Shown here in pieces: positions 14,669 through 24,031 of a stretch of DNA of 26,836 nt; position 1 is the stretch's first letter, and each line of letters starts with the position of its first letter. The position numbers were made by a program, and so were the translations under genes. Source of the DNA: a virus (taxonomy: Duplodnaviria > Caudoviricetes); IMG/VR virus record IMGVR_UViG_3300012682_000014, positions 1 through 26,836 of that record; one strand, given 5' to 3'. A model generated the notes under the pieces. The model ran no database searches, was not told the DNA's origin, and was given only the letters and a program-made list of their open reading frames with translations.

Positions 14669-17022
14669 CAGGCACGCCCGCTTCGACCGACACGCCAGTC
14701 GTTCAGGCGGCCCGCGTACTCGATCTGCTCGACGAGGCCGGCCGCCAACGGGGCGGAAAAATGGTAATGGGTGCCCTGGCTGCCCGTCCCGTTGGCAGCG
14801 GTGGCGGACGACGGCACACGGGGCACGATTCTGCCGGGCACGTCGGGAACGAACAGTTCGGGGCGGTTCTCCCCGACAATGTACGGCGTACCGGCCGACA
14901 CGGGCCCGCCGTGAGCGCGACCGGCGAAACTGAGGGACGACAGGTCACCTGCAGCCCCGTGCGGGACCGGCCCCCGGTACCCGGGCCGTCCGTCCGGTCC
15001 GACAGCCTGCCGTGCCAACCCTGCGGCCAACGCGACCCGGTCGTAGGACACGGCCAACAGGTCGGCGACACGGGCCAACTCTTCCGCGGCTGGCGTCCCG
15101 TTTGCTATCGCCCCGTTGAACTCGTCCTGCGCCGACTTCGCCGCCAACGTCGCACCGGGCAGATCCCGCTCTGCCCGCTCCAAGGCGCGGCGTGCGCCGG
15201 TGACATCGTCGTTCGCCCGGGCCAGGTTCCGCAGGAAGTCCGGGTCGCCGGCCTGCGCTATGCGAAGGTCACGCTGCACCTCCAACTGTCTGACCGCAGC
15301 GTCCTTCTCTGCGAGTCGGGCGTCAGCCACCCTCTGCTCCGCGACGGCCACATCTCTACTGCCCGGCGCCCCCCGTGCGTTCAGGTCGATCTGAGCCCGC
15401 TGCGCGTCGTTGAGGCTGTCGAGGGCGTCGGCCAACCCCAGCTCGGCTTCACGCCGCTCCAGCGCCCTCTCAGCCCCGGTCATGCGGCCCGTACCGTCCG
15501 ACCCGGCGTCCGCCAACGTCTTACGTGCCCGGTCAAGGTTCAGCTTGGCCCGCTCGACTGAACGGGCGGCGTCGCCCGACTCGTTGGCGGACGGTCCTGC
15601 CCGCAGTTCAGCAAGTTCCCTTTCGGCGTCGACGACGCCCCGGCGGGCGGCAGCAACAGAACGTGACGCGTCGGCCACGGACCGTTCGGCGGAGGCGACC
15701 CGTTCGGCGTCGACCGGGCCTTTCGCTCGCAGGTCGCCGAGACTCCGCTCAGCGTCACTGAGGCTCTTGCGGGAGTCGGCGACGCGGATGGTGGCGTCCT
15801 CCAACCCTCGCTGAGCGCCGACGAACGCCTGCACCGAGCCGACAGCCTGATTCTGCTCCTCGCGGAGCCGCGCGGTAGCCCGTGCTGTCGACTCGAACGC
15901 CAACCCGGAGACCATGGCTGACTTCTCCGCTGCATCGTTCTCGACCCGTAGCCGCGCCAGCGCATCCTTGGCCTGCGTACTGTTCGCTCCGAACTTGGCG
16001 ACAGAGTCGCCGTAGTTCTTCATCGCTGCGGCGTACAGATCTGTTTCGGGCAACAACCCCTTGTTGTTGAAGTTGTCCTTGATTGGCTTTATCGTCCCGG
16101 TGCTCACCGCCTTCACGACGGCGTTCAGAGTGTTCAGCGCTTTCGACGCCTCATTGGTCAGCGACTGCCCCAGCCCAGCCTTAAAGTTCTCGGTCGAGGC
16201 GGTCAGACGTCGCTGAGCGTTCGCGTAACTGTTCGCTGTCCGTGCGGCGTCACCCTGAGCGTCGCCTGTCTGGCGAAGCAGCGAAGTGTACCGGGCGGTC
16301 ACCCGGTCCGTTTCCGAGATCTCGCCCCGCGTGTTAGCGAACCCGAGAGCCAACGCCTCGCCGTCGATCTTCGTCTGACGCAGGTCAACACCGAGACGGC
16401 GCAACGGCTCCGACTCACCGGCCAAACCGGACGAGATCGCGCCCAACGCATCGTCGACGCCGACGTCCTTGAACGACGCCAGGTCGCCGGCTAGCTGGAC
16501 GAGTGTCGTAGACATCCGAGCCGAGGCGGCATCAGCAAAGCCGGCCTGCTTGAAGAGCGCCCCGAACTGTGAGGATGCCTTCAGCGCCGCGGCTGCCGAG
16601 ATCCCGAGACCGTCTGCTGTGGTGCGCGAGAAGTCGCGCACCACAGCAGCGGCCTGGCCGAAGACGGCCTTGGAACCGCTGATCTGCTCGTTCAACCGGG
16701 ATGCGGCGTTCAGAGTGGTCACCAGTCCCGCTCCGGCGGTGCCCACCACACCCAAAGCCAGGCCGATCGTGCCCAGGGCGGCCGAGGCGCCTACCAGGTC
16801 GCCCCGGAATGACTTGAACGACCCGCCCGCTTTCGTCGCCGCCGTCCCGGACCGTCCGATCCCGGCCGCCGCCTTCCCGGACGAGGCTCCGATCGACTTG
16901 TTCGCCGAATCGAACGCCCGGTCCGTCTCCTTCGCCTTCTTCGACAGCGTCGACAGGTCACGGATCGCGCCGTCCGCCTTCAGGGTGACCGTCGCCGCGA
17001 TGCTGTCCGAAACTGTCGCCAC
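14668..17022 (-). CDS. Tape measure protein (784 aa)
   Basis: Long Ala-rich helical protein after chaperones; LAGDLASF, GESEPLRRLGV and C-terminal AHGGPV..YIVGENRPELFVP motifs. Confidence 0.92.
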   Translation of the reverse strand: MATVSDSIAATVTLKADGAIRDLSTLSKKAKETDRAFDSANKSIGASSGKAAAGIGRSGTAATKAGGSFKSFRGDLVGASAALGTIGLALGVVGTAGAGLVTTLNAASRLNEQISGSKAVFGQAAAVVRDFSRTTADGLGISAAAALKASSQFGALFKQAGFADAASARMSTTLVQLAGDLASFKDVGVDDALGAISSGLAGESEPLRRLGVDLRQTKIDGEALALGFANTRGEISETDRVTARYTSLLRQTGDAQGDAARTANSYANAQRRLTASTENFKAGLGQSLTNEASKALNTLNAVVKAVSTGTIKPIKDNFNNKGLLPETDLYAAAMKNYGDSVAKFGANSTQAKDALARLRVENDAAEKSAMVSGLAFESTARATARLREEQNQAVGSVQAFVGAQRGLEDATIRVADSRKSLSDAERSLGDLRAKGPVDAERVASAERSVADASRSVAAARRGVVDAERELAELRAGPSANESGDAARSVERAKLNLDRARKTLADAGSDGTGRMTGAERALERREAELGLADALDSLNDAQRAQIDLNARGAPGSRDVAVAEQRVADARLAEKDAAVRQLEVQRDLRIAQAGDPDFLRNLARANDDVTGARRALERAERDLPGATLAAKSAQDEFNGAIANGTPAAEELARVADLLAVSYDRVALAAGLARQAVGPDGRPGYRGPVPHGAAGDLSSLSFAGRAHGGPVSAGTPYIVGENRPELFVPDVPGRIVPRVPSSATAANGTGSQGTHYHFSAPLAAGLVEQIEYAGRLNDWRVGRSGRA

Positions 17023-17043
17023 CGCTCACCCCCTTCTCGTCGA

Positions 17044-17175
17044 CTACTTGGCGGCCCTGTTCAGCAGGAACAGGTCACGCATCGTCTGCTCACGGGTCAC
17101 CGACGGCGGCCAGTGGTACCGCTCTGCGCACCACGCCACCCAGCGGTCTAAGGGGCGGCCTTCACCACTTTTGGG
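17044..17175 (-). CDS. Tail assembly chaperone extension (gpGT-like, -1 frameshift product)
   Basis: Slippery heptamer C CCA AAA at 17175-17169; -1 frame reads PKSGEGRPLDRWVAWCAERYHWPPSVTREQTMRDLFLLNRAAK* and ends just before TMP. Confidence 0.8.
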   Translation of the reverse strand, partial: PKSGEGRPLDRWVAWCAERYHWPPSVTREQTMRDLFLLNRAAK

Positions 17176-17570
17176 AGGCCATCCTCGAACTGGTCGGGCA
17201 GGTCATCCGCTGCGCCGTACACGGGAACGATGGCGTCCTCGATCTGTCCGACCGTCATCGCCGCTACCACCTTCGCCGCCCCGTCAGCCCCGCCCGGGTG
17301 CGTGCGGGCGAGGAACACCCGCAGGAAACCCATCCCGTGCGCCAGGCACCCTTTCGGACGGAGAAGACCCCAGTCGATGCCGAACTCGGCTTCCATCTTC
17401 AAGGCTTCCGCCCCGGTGATGTCCAAGTGGGTGAACTCGGACCCGTCGCCGAGGCGGAACCGGAAATGGCGAAGCGGCTCGACGGGGACCGCCGCCGCCG
17501 CCTCCGTCCCCCACCCAGCGGCGGCAGCGTCGACAGCAGTCTCCAAGTCCGGGGTCGCCAGGTCGGTCAC
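17148..17570 (-). CDS. Tail assembly chaperone (gpG-like)
   Basis: Between major tail and TMP; slippery site near 3' end. Confidence 0.8.
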   Translation of the reverse strand: MTDLATPDLETAVDAAAAGWGTEAAAAVPVEPLRHFRFRLGDGSEFTHLDITGAEALKMEAEFGIDWGLLRPKGCLAHGMGFLRVFLARTHPGGADGAAKVVAAMTVGQIEDAIVPVYGAADDLPDQFEDGLPKVVKAAP

Positions 17571-17977
17571 GGCTTCCGGTAGATGTTGCTCGCCGCGCTG
17601 ATCTTCGAGCTGACCGTCGTCGCCGACCCGACACCGCTCTTCACCGTGAAGTCGAAGTAGGCGGTCCCGTAGAACGCCTCGGCGGTGTTCGTCGAGTCCG
17701 GGTACAGGTAGAAGCCGCGGGCCACCCCGTCCCTCGACGCCCGGTACAAGGCGTCGGTCAGCGACGTCAGCCCGGAGTTGTAGAACCCGGAGATCGACCC
17801 GGAGAAGTCGGGGAGGCCGGGCACGTAGATCTTGTTCGTGTCACCCCCGGCGGTCACCTCGATCTGGTCGGAAGACGACGACAGGTCGTACTCGGCCATG
17901 AAGGGAAGCGGGGAAGCGGCGGCAGTACCGTCGAGCGAGATGTAGACGGCCATGTTCCGGCCGGAGATGCGTGACAT
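17567..17977 (-). CDS. Major tail (tube) protein
   Basis: AGGAGG RBS; IEVTAGGDTNKIYVPGLPDFSGSISGFY tube-protein pattern. Confidence 0.85.
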   Translation of the reverse strand: MSRISGRNMAVYISLDGTAAASPLPFMAEYDLSSSSDQIEVTAGGDTNKIYVPGLPDFSGSISGFYNSGLTSLTDALYRASRDGVARGFYLYPDSTNTAEAFYGTAYFDFTVKSGVGSATTVSSKISAASNIYRKP

Positions 17978-18001
17978 GTGAACCTCCTAGGTTCGGTTGG
18001 G

Positions 18002-19018
18002 TCAGGCGACGCGGCGCAGCAGCGACGCTGCGTGCCTGTCGAACGTGCGGTCCGCTACAGCCGCACAGGCGGCCTCTGCGGCTTCCAGCCTCAACGCAGG
18101 GCGGGCAAGCCACCATGCGAGAAGGTCGGTCAGTTCCTCCGGGGAGGAGAACGTGGGGAGCATCGGGAACAGCCGGTCACCCTCGGGGCGGGCCTGGCGG
18201 GCGAAGACGAGACCGCAAGCAGCCATCTCCACCTCCCTGGGCCCGACCGCCCACCCGTCGCCCACATCAGGACGGTCAAGGTGGTCGATCCGGTACAAGT
18301 TCAGGCCGACCGCCGACGTGCGGTACAGGTCGGCGGTCGCCTCGTTCGGCAACGGCTCCGGCAGATCGGCCACAGCACCGGCCAGGCAGGCGGGCAGCGC
18401 CGCGTTAGGGTGCCGCCAGTGCCCGGCCAGAGTGAGCCGCCCAGCTCGAGGCCAGTCGACGGCGGCGAGGAAAGCGGCCCGGCCAGCGAACCCGGACCCG
18501 ACGAACACCACCTCATGCTCCGGGTCGACCGTGCCCGGGTGATGGACGGTCGGGTCGTAGGCGTGCGGGACGTAGAAGACGTGCGGCGTGTGCTGGCGTA
18601 ACGGCTCGACCGCCACAGGGTCATTGACAAGGTGCACGTCAGCGCACCAGTGCATCGCGCAGATCCGGTCCAGCTCGTACGGCGCCTCGGTGTGGACAAG
18701 GATCACCCTCTCGCCCCGGGCCCGCAACCCGTGCCACACCTCGGGCGGGATGTCCTTCCCATCGACCACCAACAGCAGGTCCGGGCGGTGCTCGTAGAGG
18801 GCGCCGGCCAGCATCTCCCCCGCACGGCGGCGGGCGACGACCGGAGCGTCAGCAGCGACCGCCTCCTCTGCGGTGTAGTGCTGCTCCAACCATGCGAGAC
18901 GCTGATCCAACCGGAACGGGATGACAGTGACGCCGGCGTTGGCGAGCCCCCGTGCCCAGCCCCTAGCAACATCAGCGGTCGCCCATGTTGCCCCCGGCCA
19001 CACGACCATCACCTTCAT
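18002..19018 (-). CDS. GT-B glycosyltransferase, CgeB/Glyco_trans_1_2-like (338 aa)
   Basis: MKVMVV start, PDLLLVV, YVPHAYDP, VVFVGS, YRTSAVGLN, PREVEMAACG, FSSPEEL; start inferred at ATG 19018. Confidence 0.85.
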   Translation of the reverse strand: MKVMVVWPGATWATADVARGWARGLANAGVTVIPFRLDQRLAWLEQHYTAEEAVAADAPVVARRRAGEMLAGALYEHRPDLLLVVDGKDIPPEVWHGLRARGERVILVHTEAPYELDRICAMHWCADVHLVNDPVAVEPLRQHTPHVFYVPHAYDPTVHHPGTVDPEHEVVFVGSGFAGRAAFLAAVDWPRAGRLTLAGHWRHPNAALPACLAGAVADLPEPLPNEATADLYRTSAVGLNLYRIDHLDRPDVGDGWAVGPREVEMAACGLVFARQARPEGDRLFPMLPTFSSPEELTDLLAWWLARPALRLEAAEAACAAVADRTFDRHAASLLRRVA

Positions 19019-19020
19019 AC

Positions 19021-19383
19021 CTAGAAGGTCGTCCGCGGGTAGTTGACGAAGCAGCGGGCGACCATGCAGCTGATCTCGCTGTCCAACCCGACCTGCCACT
19101 CCGACGGGCCAAGACTCAGCGACAGCAGCCGGTCGTCGGCGCCTTCCAACGCCGCCTCCAACGTGTCTGTGGCGTCACCGACCCCGTCGACCATCTGGCT
19201 GTAAACCCGGACGGCCAACACGATCTCGGTCGGCGTGACCCGCTCGAGCGCCACCGTCATGTAGCACGGCCCCGACGCTTCCCGGTTCGATTCCTGCTCG
19301 TAGACGGCGTCGACACCGTGGATCGGCGGTTCCTCCAGGTTGCCGGCCAGGTCACGGCGGGCGTCGGAGATGCGGGGGTTCAC
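19021..19383 (-). CDS. Putative tail terminator/completion protein
   Basis: Size (120 aa), acidity and position in head-tail block; no diagnostic motif. Confidence 0.55.
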   Translation of the reverse strand: MNPRISDARRDLAGNLEEPPIHGVDAVYEQESNREASGPCYMTVALERVTPTEIVLAVRVYSQMVDGVGDATDTLEAALEGADDRLLSLSLGPSEWQVGLDSEISCMVARCFVNYPRTTF

Positions 19384-20006
19384 GCCCGGCCCTGGTAGCC
19401 GGCGACCAGCTGCCTGGACGTCTCAGCCAGCATCTTCGCGTTGATCGCGGGCCCGCCGGCCTTCACCGCCGTCGAGAACACCCTCTTGCCCCGGGTGCCC
19501 GGGTGCTGCACCGACCGGGCGTACCCGGACCCGGACCCGCCGGGGAGCTTCAGCGCCCGGACCTGGCGTGAGTCCAACCCGGCCCGGGCGAGAATCGCCG
19601 CCGCCCGGGCCGAACTCCCCGACTTGCGGGCCGCCCGGACCACCTTGTTCACCGCCCGCAACCTCGCCCCCTTAGAGAACGAGAAGACGCTGATCTCATG
19701 CGGGGCGATGTCCCGCTCCAACAGCCCGTAGGCTCCGGTGGGGGCGACCAGACCCACATAGGTGCCGTCGGAGTAACGGCGCACGTCCTTCGCCTTCGCC
19801 CCCACCGGAGCCTGCCGACCAGACCCACGCTTCGAGTTCCCCGTACCAGACAGGCGGCCGTCACCGGAGGCGCCCCGGTAGGCGGCGTCAACCACCCCTG
19901 CGAGTCCGTTCGCCCCGGCGAGCGTGATCTTCGCCTCTGATGCTCCGACACCCTTCGCCGCACCGAGCAGCTTCCGAGAGAACTGGTCGAACGTCAGCTC
20001 AGCCAC
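19380..20006 (-). CDS. Basic neck/tail-completion protein (HK97 gp10-like)
   Basis: AYGLLE...PHEI and SVQHPGTRGKRVF motifs; start inferred at GTG 20006. Confidence 0.7.
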   Translation of the reverse strand: MAELTFDQFSRKLLGAAKGVGASEAKITLAGANGLAGVVDAAYRGASGDGRLSGTGNSKRGSGRQAPVGAKAKDVRRYSDGTYVGLVAPTGAYGLLERDIAPHEISVFSFSKGARLRAVNKVVRAARKSGSSARAAAILARAGLDSRQVRALKLPGGSGSGYARSVQHPGTRGKRVFSTAVKAGGPAINAKMLAETSRQLVAGYQGRA

Positions 20007-20493
20007 CCTTGACCGCCTTCGGCTTGACCGCCGCTGCGTACAGGTCGCCCCGGGCCGGGTGGAACTCGACGGTGGCGCCCGGCAGCGCCTTCTCAAGGTC
20101 GCCCGGTTGCACCGCGGCGTACCACTCACCCCGGCGCAACGGGCCGCCGTCGACAGCACTGTGCGGCTCACGCCCCGTGGTGGCACAAGTCACGAGCAGC
20201 CGACCGGCCGGCGCCACATGACGCCAGCAGGCCCGAACCACCGCCGGCCAATCCTCCGCATGCTCCAGCACCTCGGCGCAGATCACCACGTCGAACTTGC
20301 GCCTCGACGACCACCCGACGATGTCAGCGACCAGGTCAACGCCAGGCCCGTCCACTACGTCGAGGGCGACGTAGTCGGCGGTGGGGAACAGGGCTCGGGG
20401 TGACCCGTTGATGTCTCGGCCACCCACGTCGAGCACGCTCGACGCCTTCCGGTCGATGTTCGCGGCCAGGAAAACCATCGCCTCGTCGTGCAT
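19999..20493 (-). CDS. Class I SAM-dependent methyltransferase (164 aa)
   Basis: VLDVGG, YVALD..GPGVDLVAD, FDVVICAEVLEH, APAGRLLVT; AAGGAGG RBS before ATG 20493. Confidence 0.88.
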   Translation of the reverse strand: MHDEAMVFLAANIDRKASSVLDVGGRDINGSPRALFPTADYVALDVVDGPGVDLVADIVGWSSRRKFDVVICAEVLEHAEDWPAVVRACWRHVAPAGRLLVTCATTGREPHSAVDGGPLRRGEWYAAVQPGDLEKALPGATVEFHPARGDLYAAAVKPKAVKGG

Positions 20494-20503
20494 GCACCCT
20501 CCT

Positions 20504-21079
20504 TCAGGCGATAGCCGGCGGCAGCAGCTCACCGACCAGCAGGTCACGGACAGCGTTCGGGAACCCGAACGACGGCAGGCCCGAATCGAGGAACCCGATC
20601 GGCGCCCCGAACGTCTCACTGCCACCACCATCCGACTGCCGCCAATGATGCTGCAACAGCATCTGCGCTGCGGTAACGAACGGCTCAGCCACCAGCGCCG
20701 TGGTGGCGTACCGGCCCGCCTCGTAGACCACCGTGACCCGCGGCGCCCAGTGGCCCGCCCAGGACGTGATCTGAGCGTACGGGCCGTCCACATCGACCGC
20801 ATAGCCCGTCCCGGCGGCCAAGACGGGTGTGCCCGACGACCACGCCTCCGACACCGACGTGACCGCGCCACCCACAGGCAGACCGCGCAGGAAGATGATC
20901 GACCCGGACGGCCGATGCAACTCCGTCACCGTGCGGGCCACGATCGGCCCGCACCTTTCGTCGAGCACCTTGCTGACCGCGGTGACCAGACCCTCGATGC
21001 GGGCCCGGTCACCTTGCCCCTTGACGCCCTTCAGCGCCTTCTCAGCCTGATCCGGCGTCAGCACGTCAAGGGGCGCCAC
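20504..21079 (-). CDS. Head-tail connector/adaptor (gp6-like)
   Basis: LTPDQAEKAL, CGPIVARTVTE, VTVVYEAGR, AAQMLLQHHW pattern; position. Confidence 0.8.
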   Translation of the reverse strand: MAPLDVLTPDQAEKALKGVKGQGDRARIEGLVTAVSKVLDERCGPIVARTVTELHRPSGSIIFLRGLPVGGAVTSVSEAWSSGTPVLAAGTGYAVDVDGPYAQITSWAGHWAPRVTVVYEAGRYATTALVAEPFVTAAQMLLQHHWRQSDGGGSETFGAPIGFLDSGLPSFGFPNAVRDLLVGELLPPAIA

Positions 21080-21082
21080 CGG

Positions 21083-21331
21083 CTACTTCCTCCGGGTGGG
21101 ACGCTCCGGCTCGACCGTCACAGGTCGGGCCGCCGGCTCCTGCACGGACAGATCGACCGGGCCGGCGGGCGCCGACGTCGGCGCCCGCAGCTGGTCGAGC
21201 TGAGACTGCACCAGCGGGGTGATCTCGCCACCCTTCGGCACCATCTGGAACCCCTGCTCCGGCTCGGACTCGACGACCTTCCCCGTCTTCGAGTCGACCC
21301 AGATCCCCGACTTCGACACGCTGTCAGCCAT
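21083..21331 (-). CDS. Small post-capsid protein (82 aa)
   Basis: AAGGAG RBS; MADSVSKSGIWVDSKTGKVV...; Pro-rich basic tail. Confidence 0.7.
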   Translation of the reverse strand: MADSVSKSGIWVDSKTGKVVESEPEQGFQMVPKGGEITPLVQSQLDQLRAPTSAPAGPVDLSVQEPAARPVTVEPERPTRRK

Positions 21332-21344
21332 GCATTGCTCCTTT

Positions 21345-22031
21345 TCAGTCAATGACCCCCGCGGGCAGGTCGCCGTACAGGTTGATGATCTCCCGAGCCC
21401 ACGCCAACTTGTCGGCCACCCGCTGGCCCTTCGGCTGATGCGTAGACCACAACTCAAGGTTCTCCGGACGGTTGTCAAGCCTGTTGCCGTTGCGATGATG
21501 CGCATTCTCGTGGGGCAGGAGTCGGCGGCCGATCATGTCGGACATGACCATGCGGTGCTCGGAGACATAGCCGCTTGAGTACGACTGGACGTGATCCGGG
21601 CGTCGCAGTTTCCGGTAACCGTGAGTGTCGACCGTGCCCTCTGCCCCCTTGGGGCGGGTCTGCCCTCCACCGTTTCGCCAGCGCCAGTAGTGGGCCGAGC
21701 ACAGGTTCCTCGCCTGGCATGTTTTCTCGCAGCCCTCTGCGGTGCATTGGGTCAGCCGCTGGGGCGTTCGCTTCGGGGCCTTCTCTGTCGTGCCTCGGCG
21801 TCGGTTGATTCGGTAGTGACTCCGGCAAAGGTCTGTTGCGTAGTGGGTTTCCTCGCAACCCGATACCCGACACGAGCGCTGGCCTCGCTGTGACCTCAGC
21901 GGGTCACCGTTGGCGAGCCAACGGCTGTAGTGGGTGCGGCACCAGCCTCTGGTGGTTGCCTTCCCACTACAGCCATCGATCGTGCAGGTCTCCGGGTTGC
22001 GCATCCACCGGCGGGGAGGTGTCTTGGTCAC
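21345..22031 (-). CDS. Free-standing HNH endonuclease with three CxxxGC...CxxHY repeats
   Basis: CTIDGC..WCRTHY, CRVSGC..LCRSHY, CTAEGC..LCSAHY; EHRMVM..HHRNGNRLDNRPENLELW. Confidence 0.9.
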   Translation of the reverse strand: MTKTPPRRWMRNPETCTIDGCSGKATTRGWCRTHYSRWLANGDPLRSQRGQRSCRVSGCEETHYATDLCRSHYRINRRRGTTEKAPKRTPQRLTQCTAEGCEKTCQARNLCSAHYWRWRNGGGQTRPKGAEGTVDTHGYRKLRRPDHVQSYSSGYVSEHRMVMSDMIGRRLLPHENAHHRNGNRLDNRPENLELWSTHQPKGQRVADKLAWAREIINLYGDLPAGVID

Positions 22032-22051
22032 CCCCCTACTTTAGCAGACTG

Positions 22052-23311
22052 CTACACCGTACCGTTAAAGGTAATCTTGCAGACCCCCTTGGGTTCGAAG
22101 AGCGCGAGGCCGACGCGACATTCGAGGAGCAAAGTAAGGATGTTCGAGATGAAGTTGGAAGCGTGCGAGTCGGTCATGTAGGACGTGACCTGCTGGCGGT
22201 CCATGTAGGCGACCGCCATCGGGTCGATGAGGAGGGCGGTGCCGGAGGCGATCGCCGTCGACCGGACCTGGGTGAGACCCCATGCCGTGCGGGCGCCGGG
22301 CCCCTGAAGGCCGCCCTGCTGGTCGGGGGTGGCGTGGATGCCGGCCGTGGTGTCGTTGCTGAGGTCGAAGATCTCGGCGTCGGCCGGGTTGAGCACGATG
22401 ATCTCGGGGACGGACTCGACGTCCTCGAGGAGGCGGATGCCCCGGCGGATGCTCCTGTAGCGGGCCTCAGCGGCGACGGGAGCGTAGGTGACAATGCCGG
22501 TCCGGTTGCTCAACCCCTTCATGTTCGGGCTGACACCGTCACCGCTGATCGACTGGGCGTCGACCCGACGCTTCAGGCTGTAGCGGAGCTTCCCGTCGAG
22601 GTAGCCCATGACCTGCGGGACGTCAGCGGCGGTCTGCCGGGTGATGTTCGCCCACGCTGCGATGACAGGGATCGCCTCGGAGATGACGGCGAGCGTCGGG
22701 CCGGCCTGCGGCTTCGCGGCACCTTCAGCGGTCTCCCGTGCGGCGTCGTTCTGGTCGGCCATCGGCGACACGTCCTGCACGTACTCGATCGCCCCCTGGC
22801 TGACCTGGATGTGCGGGAGGAGGTCGGAGAGGAACACCCGGCGGTTCAGGAAGTCCGAACCGATCCGGTCGAGCCGCTCCGGGCGGGTCATCGCACCACC
22901 CGACGTGGCGCCGAGCGTCACGTTCGTCACGGCACGAAGGTCGAGGTCGGCGGTCAACGCAGGGCTGGTGCCCCGGGCGCCGGAGTCGGTCCACGAGCGG
23001 ACCTCGTCCATCGACGTGAACCGCTGACCCATGCTGCGGGTGTCGTGCACCTCACCGGAGTCACGGTCGAGGACAGTCCCGAGAAGCCGGTTCGTGGCGT
23101 CACCGATCTCGGAGGAACGAACCTCCATGTCGATCATGGTCGACACCCGGGCGTCGATCGTCTCCAGCTCGGAGCGGAGGGCGGTCACCTGGGTGGTCTC
23201 GTCGGCGTCGTAGGCACGGCCGACGGCGGCCTCGTCGATGGCACGCAGCTCCTCGAGCTTCTTCTGGCGGGCACCGAAGTTGGCCTTCAGGATCTCAATG
23301 GGCTTAGGCAT
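22052..23311 (-). CDS. Major capsid protein, HK97 fold with N-terminal delta domain
   Basis: Helical N-terminus; EGAAKP, GDGVSPNMKGL, LNPAD, WGL, FISNILTLLLECRVG motifs. Confidence 0.95.
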   Translation of the reverse strand: MPKPIEILKANFGARQKKLEELRAIDEAAVGRAYDADETTQVTALRSELETIDARVSTMIDMEVRSSEIGDATNRLLGTVLDRDSGEVHDTRSMGQRFTSMDEVRSWTDSGARGTSPALTADLDLRAVTNVTLGATSGGAMTRPERLDRIGSDFLNRRVFLSDLLPHIQVSQGAIEYVQDVSPMADQNDAARETAEGAAKPQAGPTLAVISEAIPVIAAWANITRQTAADVPQVMGYLDGKLRYSLKRRVDAQSISGDGVSPNMKGLSNRTGIVTYAPVAAEARYRSIRRGIRLLEDVESVPEIIVLNPADAEIFDLSNDTTAGIHATPDQQGGLQGPGARTAWGLTQVRSTAIASGTALLIDPMAVAYMDRQQVTSYMTDSHASNFISNILTLLLECRVGLALFEPKGVCKITFNGTV

Positions 23312-23380
23312 GATTGCGTCCTTTCGTGGACGGGAAGAAGGGGGTTGGGGGGGTGCCGGGTGCCGAAGCGGCCCGGCCTG

Positions 23381-24031
23381 TCAGTAGAAGACGGGGCGGC
23401 GGAACAGGGTGCTTGCGCGGCCCTCCTCCTCCTCCTGCTTGCCTTCCGGGTGTTCGATCAGGGCGTTCAGTTCGCCACGTTCAGCGGCGTCCATGACGGC
23501 CCGCAGGTCGACGTGGCAGTCGTCGGCGAGGGAGCGGTAGGCGACCTCGGCGGACGTCTCGACGTACGCCGGGTCGCAGGTGGTGGCGACATGGTGGAGC
23601 GACAGCTCACCGACGGAACGAAGCGCCATCCCGCCCTGGACGGACCACTTCACCGACTTGGGGATGGCACGGAACCCGAACGAGGAGCCACGGATGTCGC
23701 CCCTCTCGAGGAGGGTGGCAACGTCACGGCCGGCCGTGGTGTCGGGCAGGTCGATCTCGTAGCGGAGATCGTCGGCACTGTCCGCCAGCCGGAGCGTCCC
23801 CGACGACGTGCGGCCAAGCATGCCGCCCATCTGGTGCTCGTGGAGCGCCAGCACGTCCCGCTCGGCGAGCGTCTTGGTGGCAGCCCCGGACCGAATCTCC
23901 TCGACGAACCGGCCGAGGATCGGCTTCGACCGGGCCCCGTACCGGATCGCCACTCCCGAAGCGATCAGCTTCCCGTCACCCGCCGAACGGATCTCGGGCG
24001 GTTCGGCCAGCGAACGCAGCTCCTGAGTCAT
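23381..24031 (-). CDS. HK97-family prohead protease
   Basis: RFVEEI..GA, ALHEH..LGRTSSGTL, RGDIRGSSFGF, DPAY. Confidence 0.93.
   Translation of the reverse strand: MTQELRSLAEPPEIRSAGDGKLIASGVAIRYGARSKPILGRFVEEIRSGAATKTLAERDVLALHEHQMGGMLGRTSSGTLRLADSADDLRYEIDLPDTTAGRDVATLLERGDIRGSSFGFRAIPKSVKWSVQGGMALRSVGELSLHHVATTCDPAYVETSAEVAYRSLADDCHVDLRAVMDAAERGELNALIEHPEGKQEEEEGRASTLFRRPVFY

Noticed and set aside
19999-20493. DNA methyltransferase or restriction-modification role
   Set aside because: Lacks DPPY/NPPY or PC catalytic motifs; resembles small-molecule/sugar class I methyltransferases
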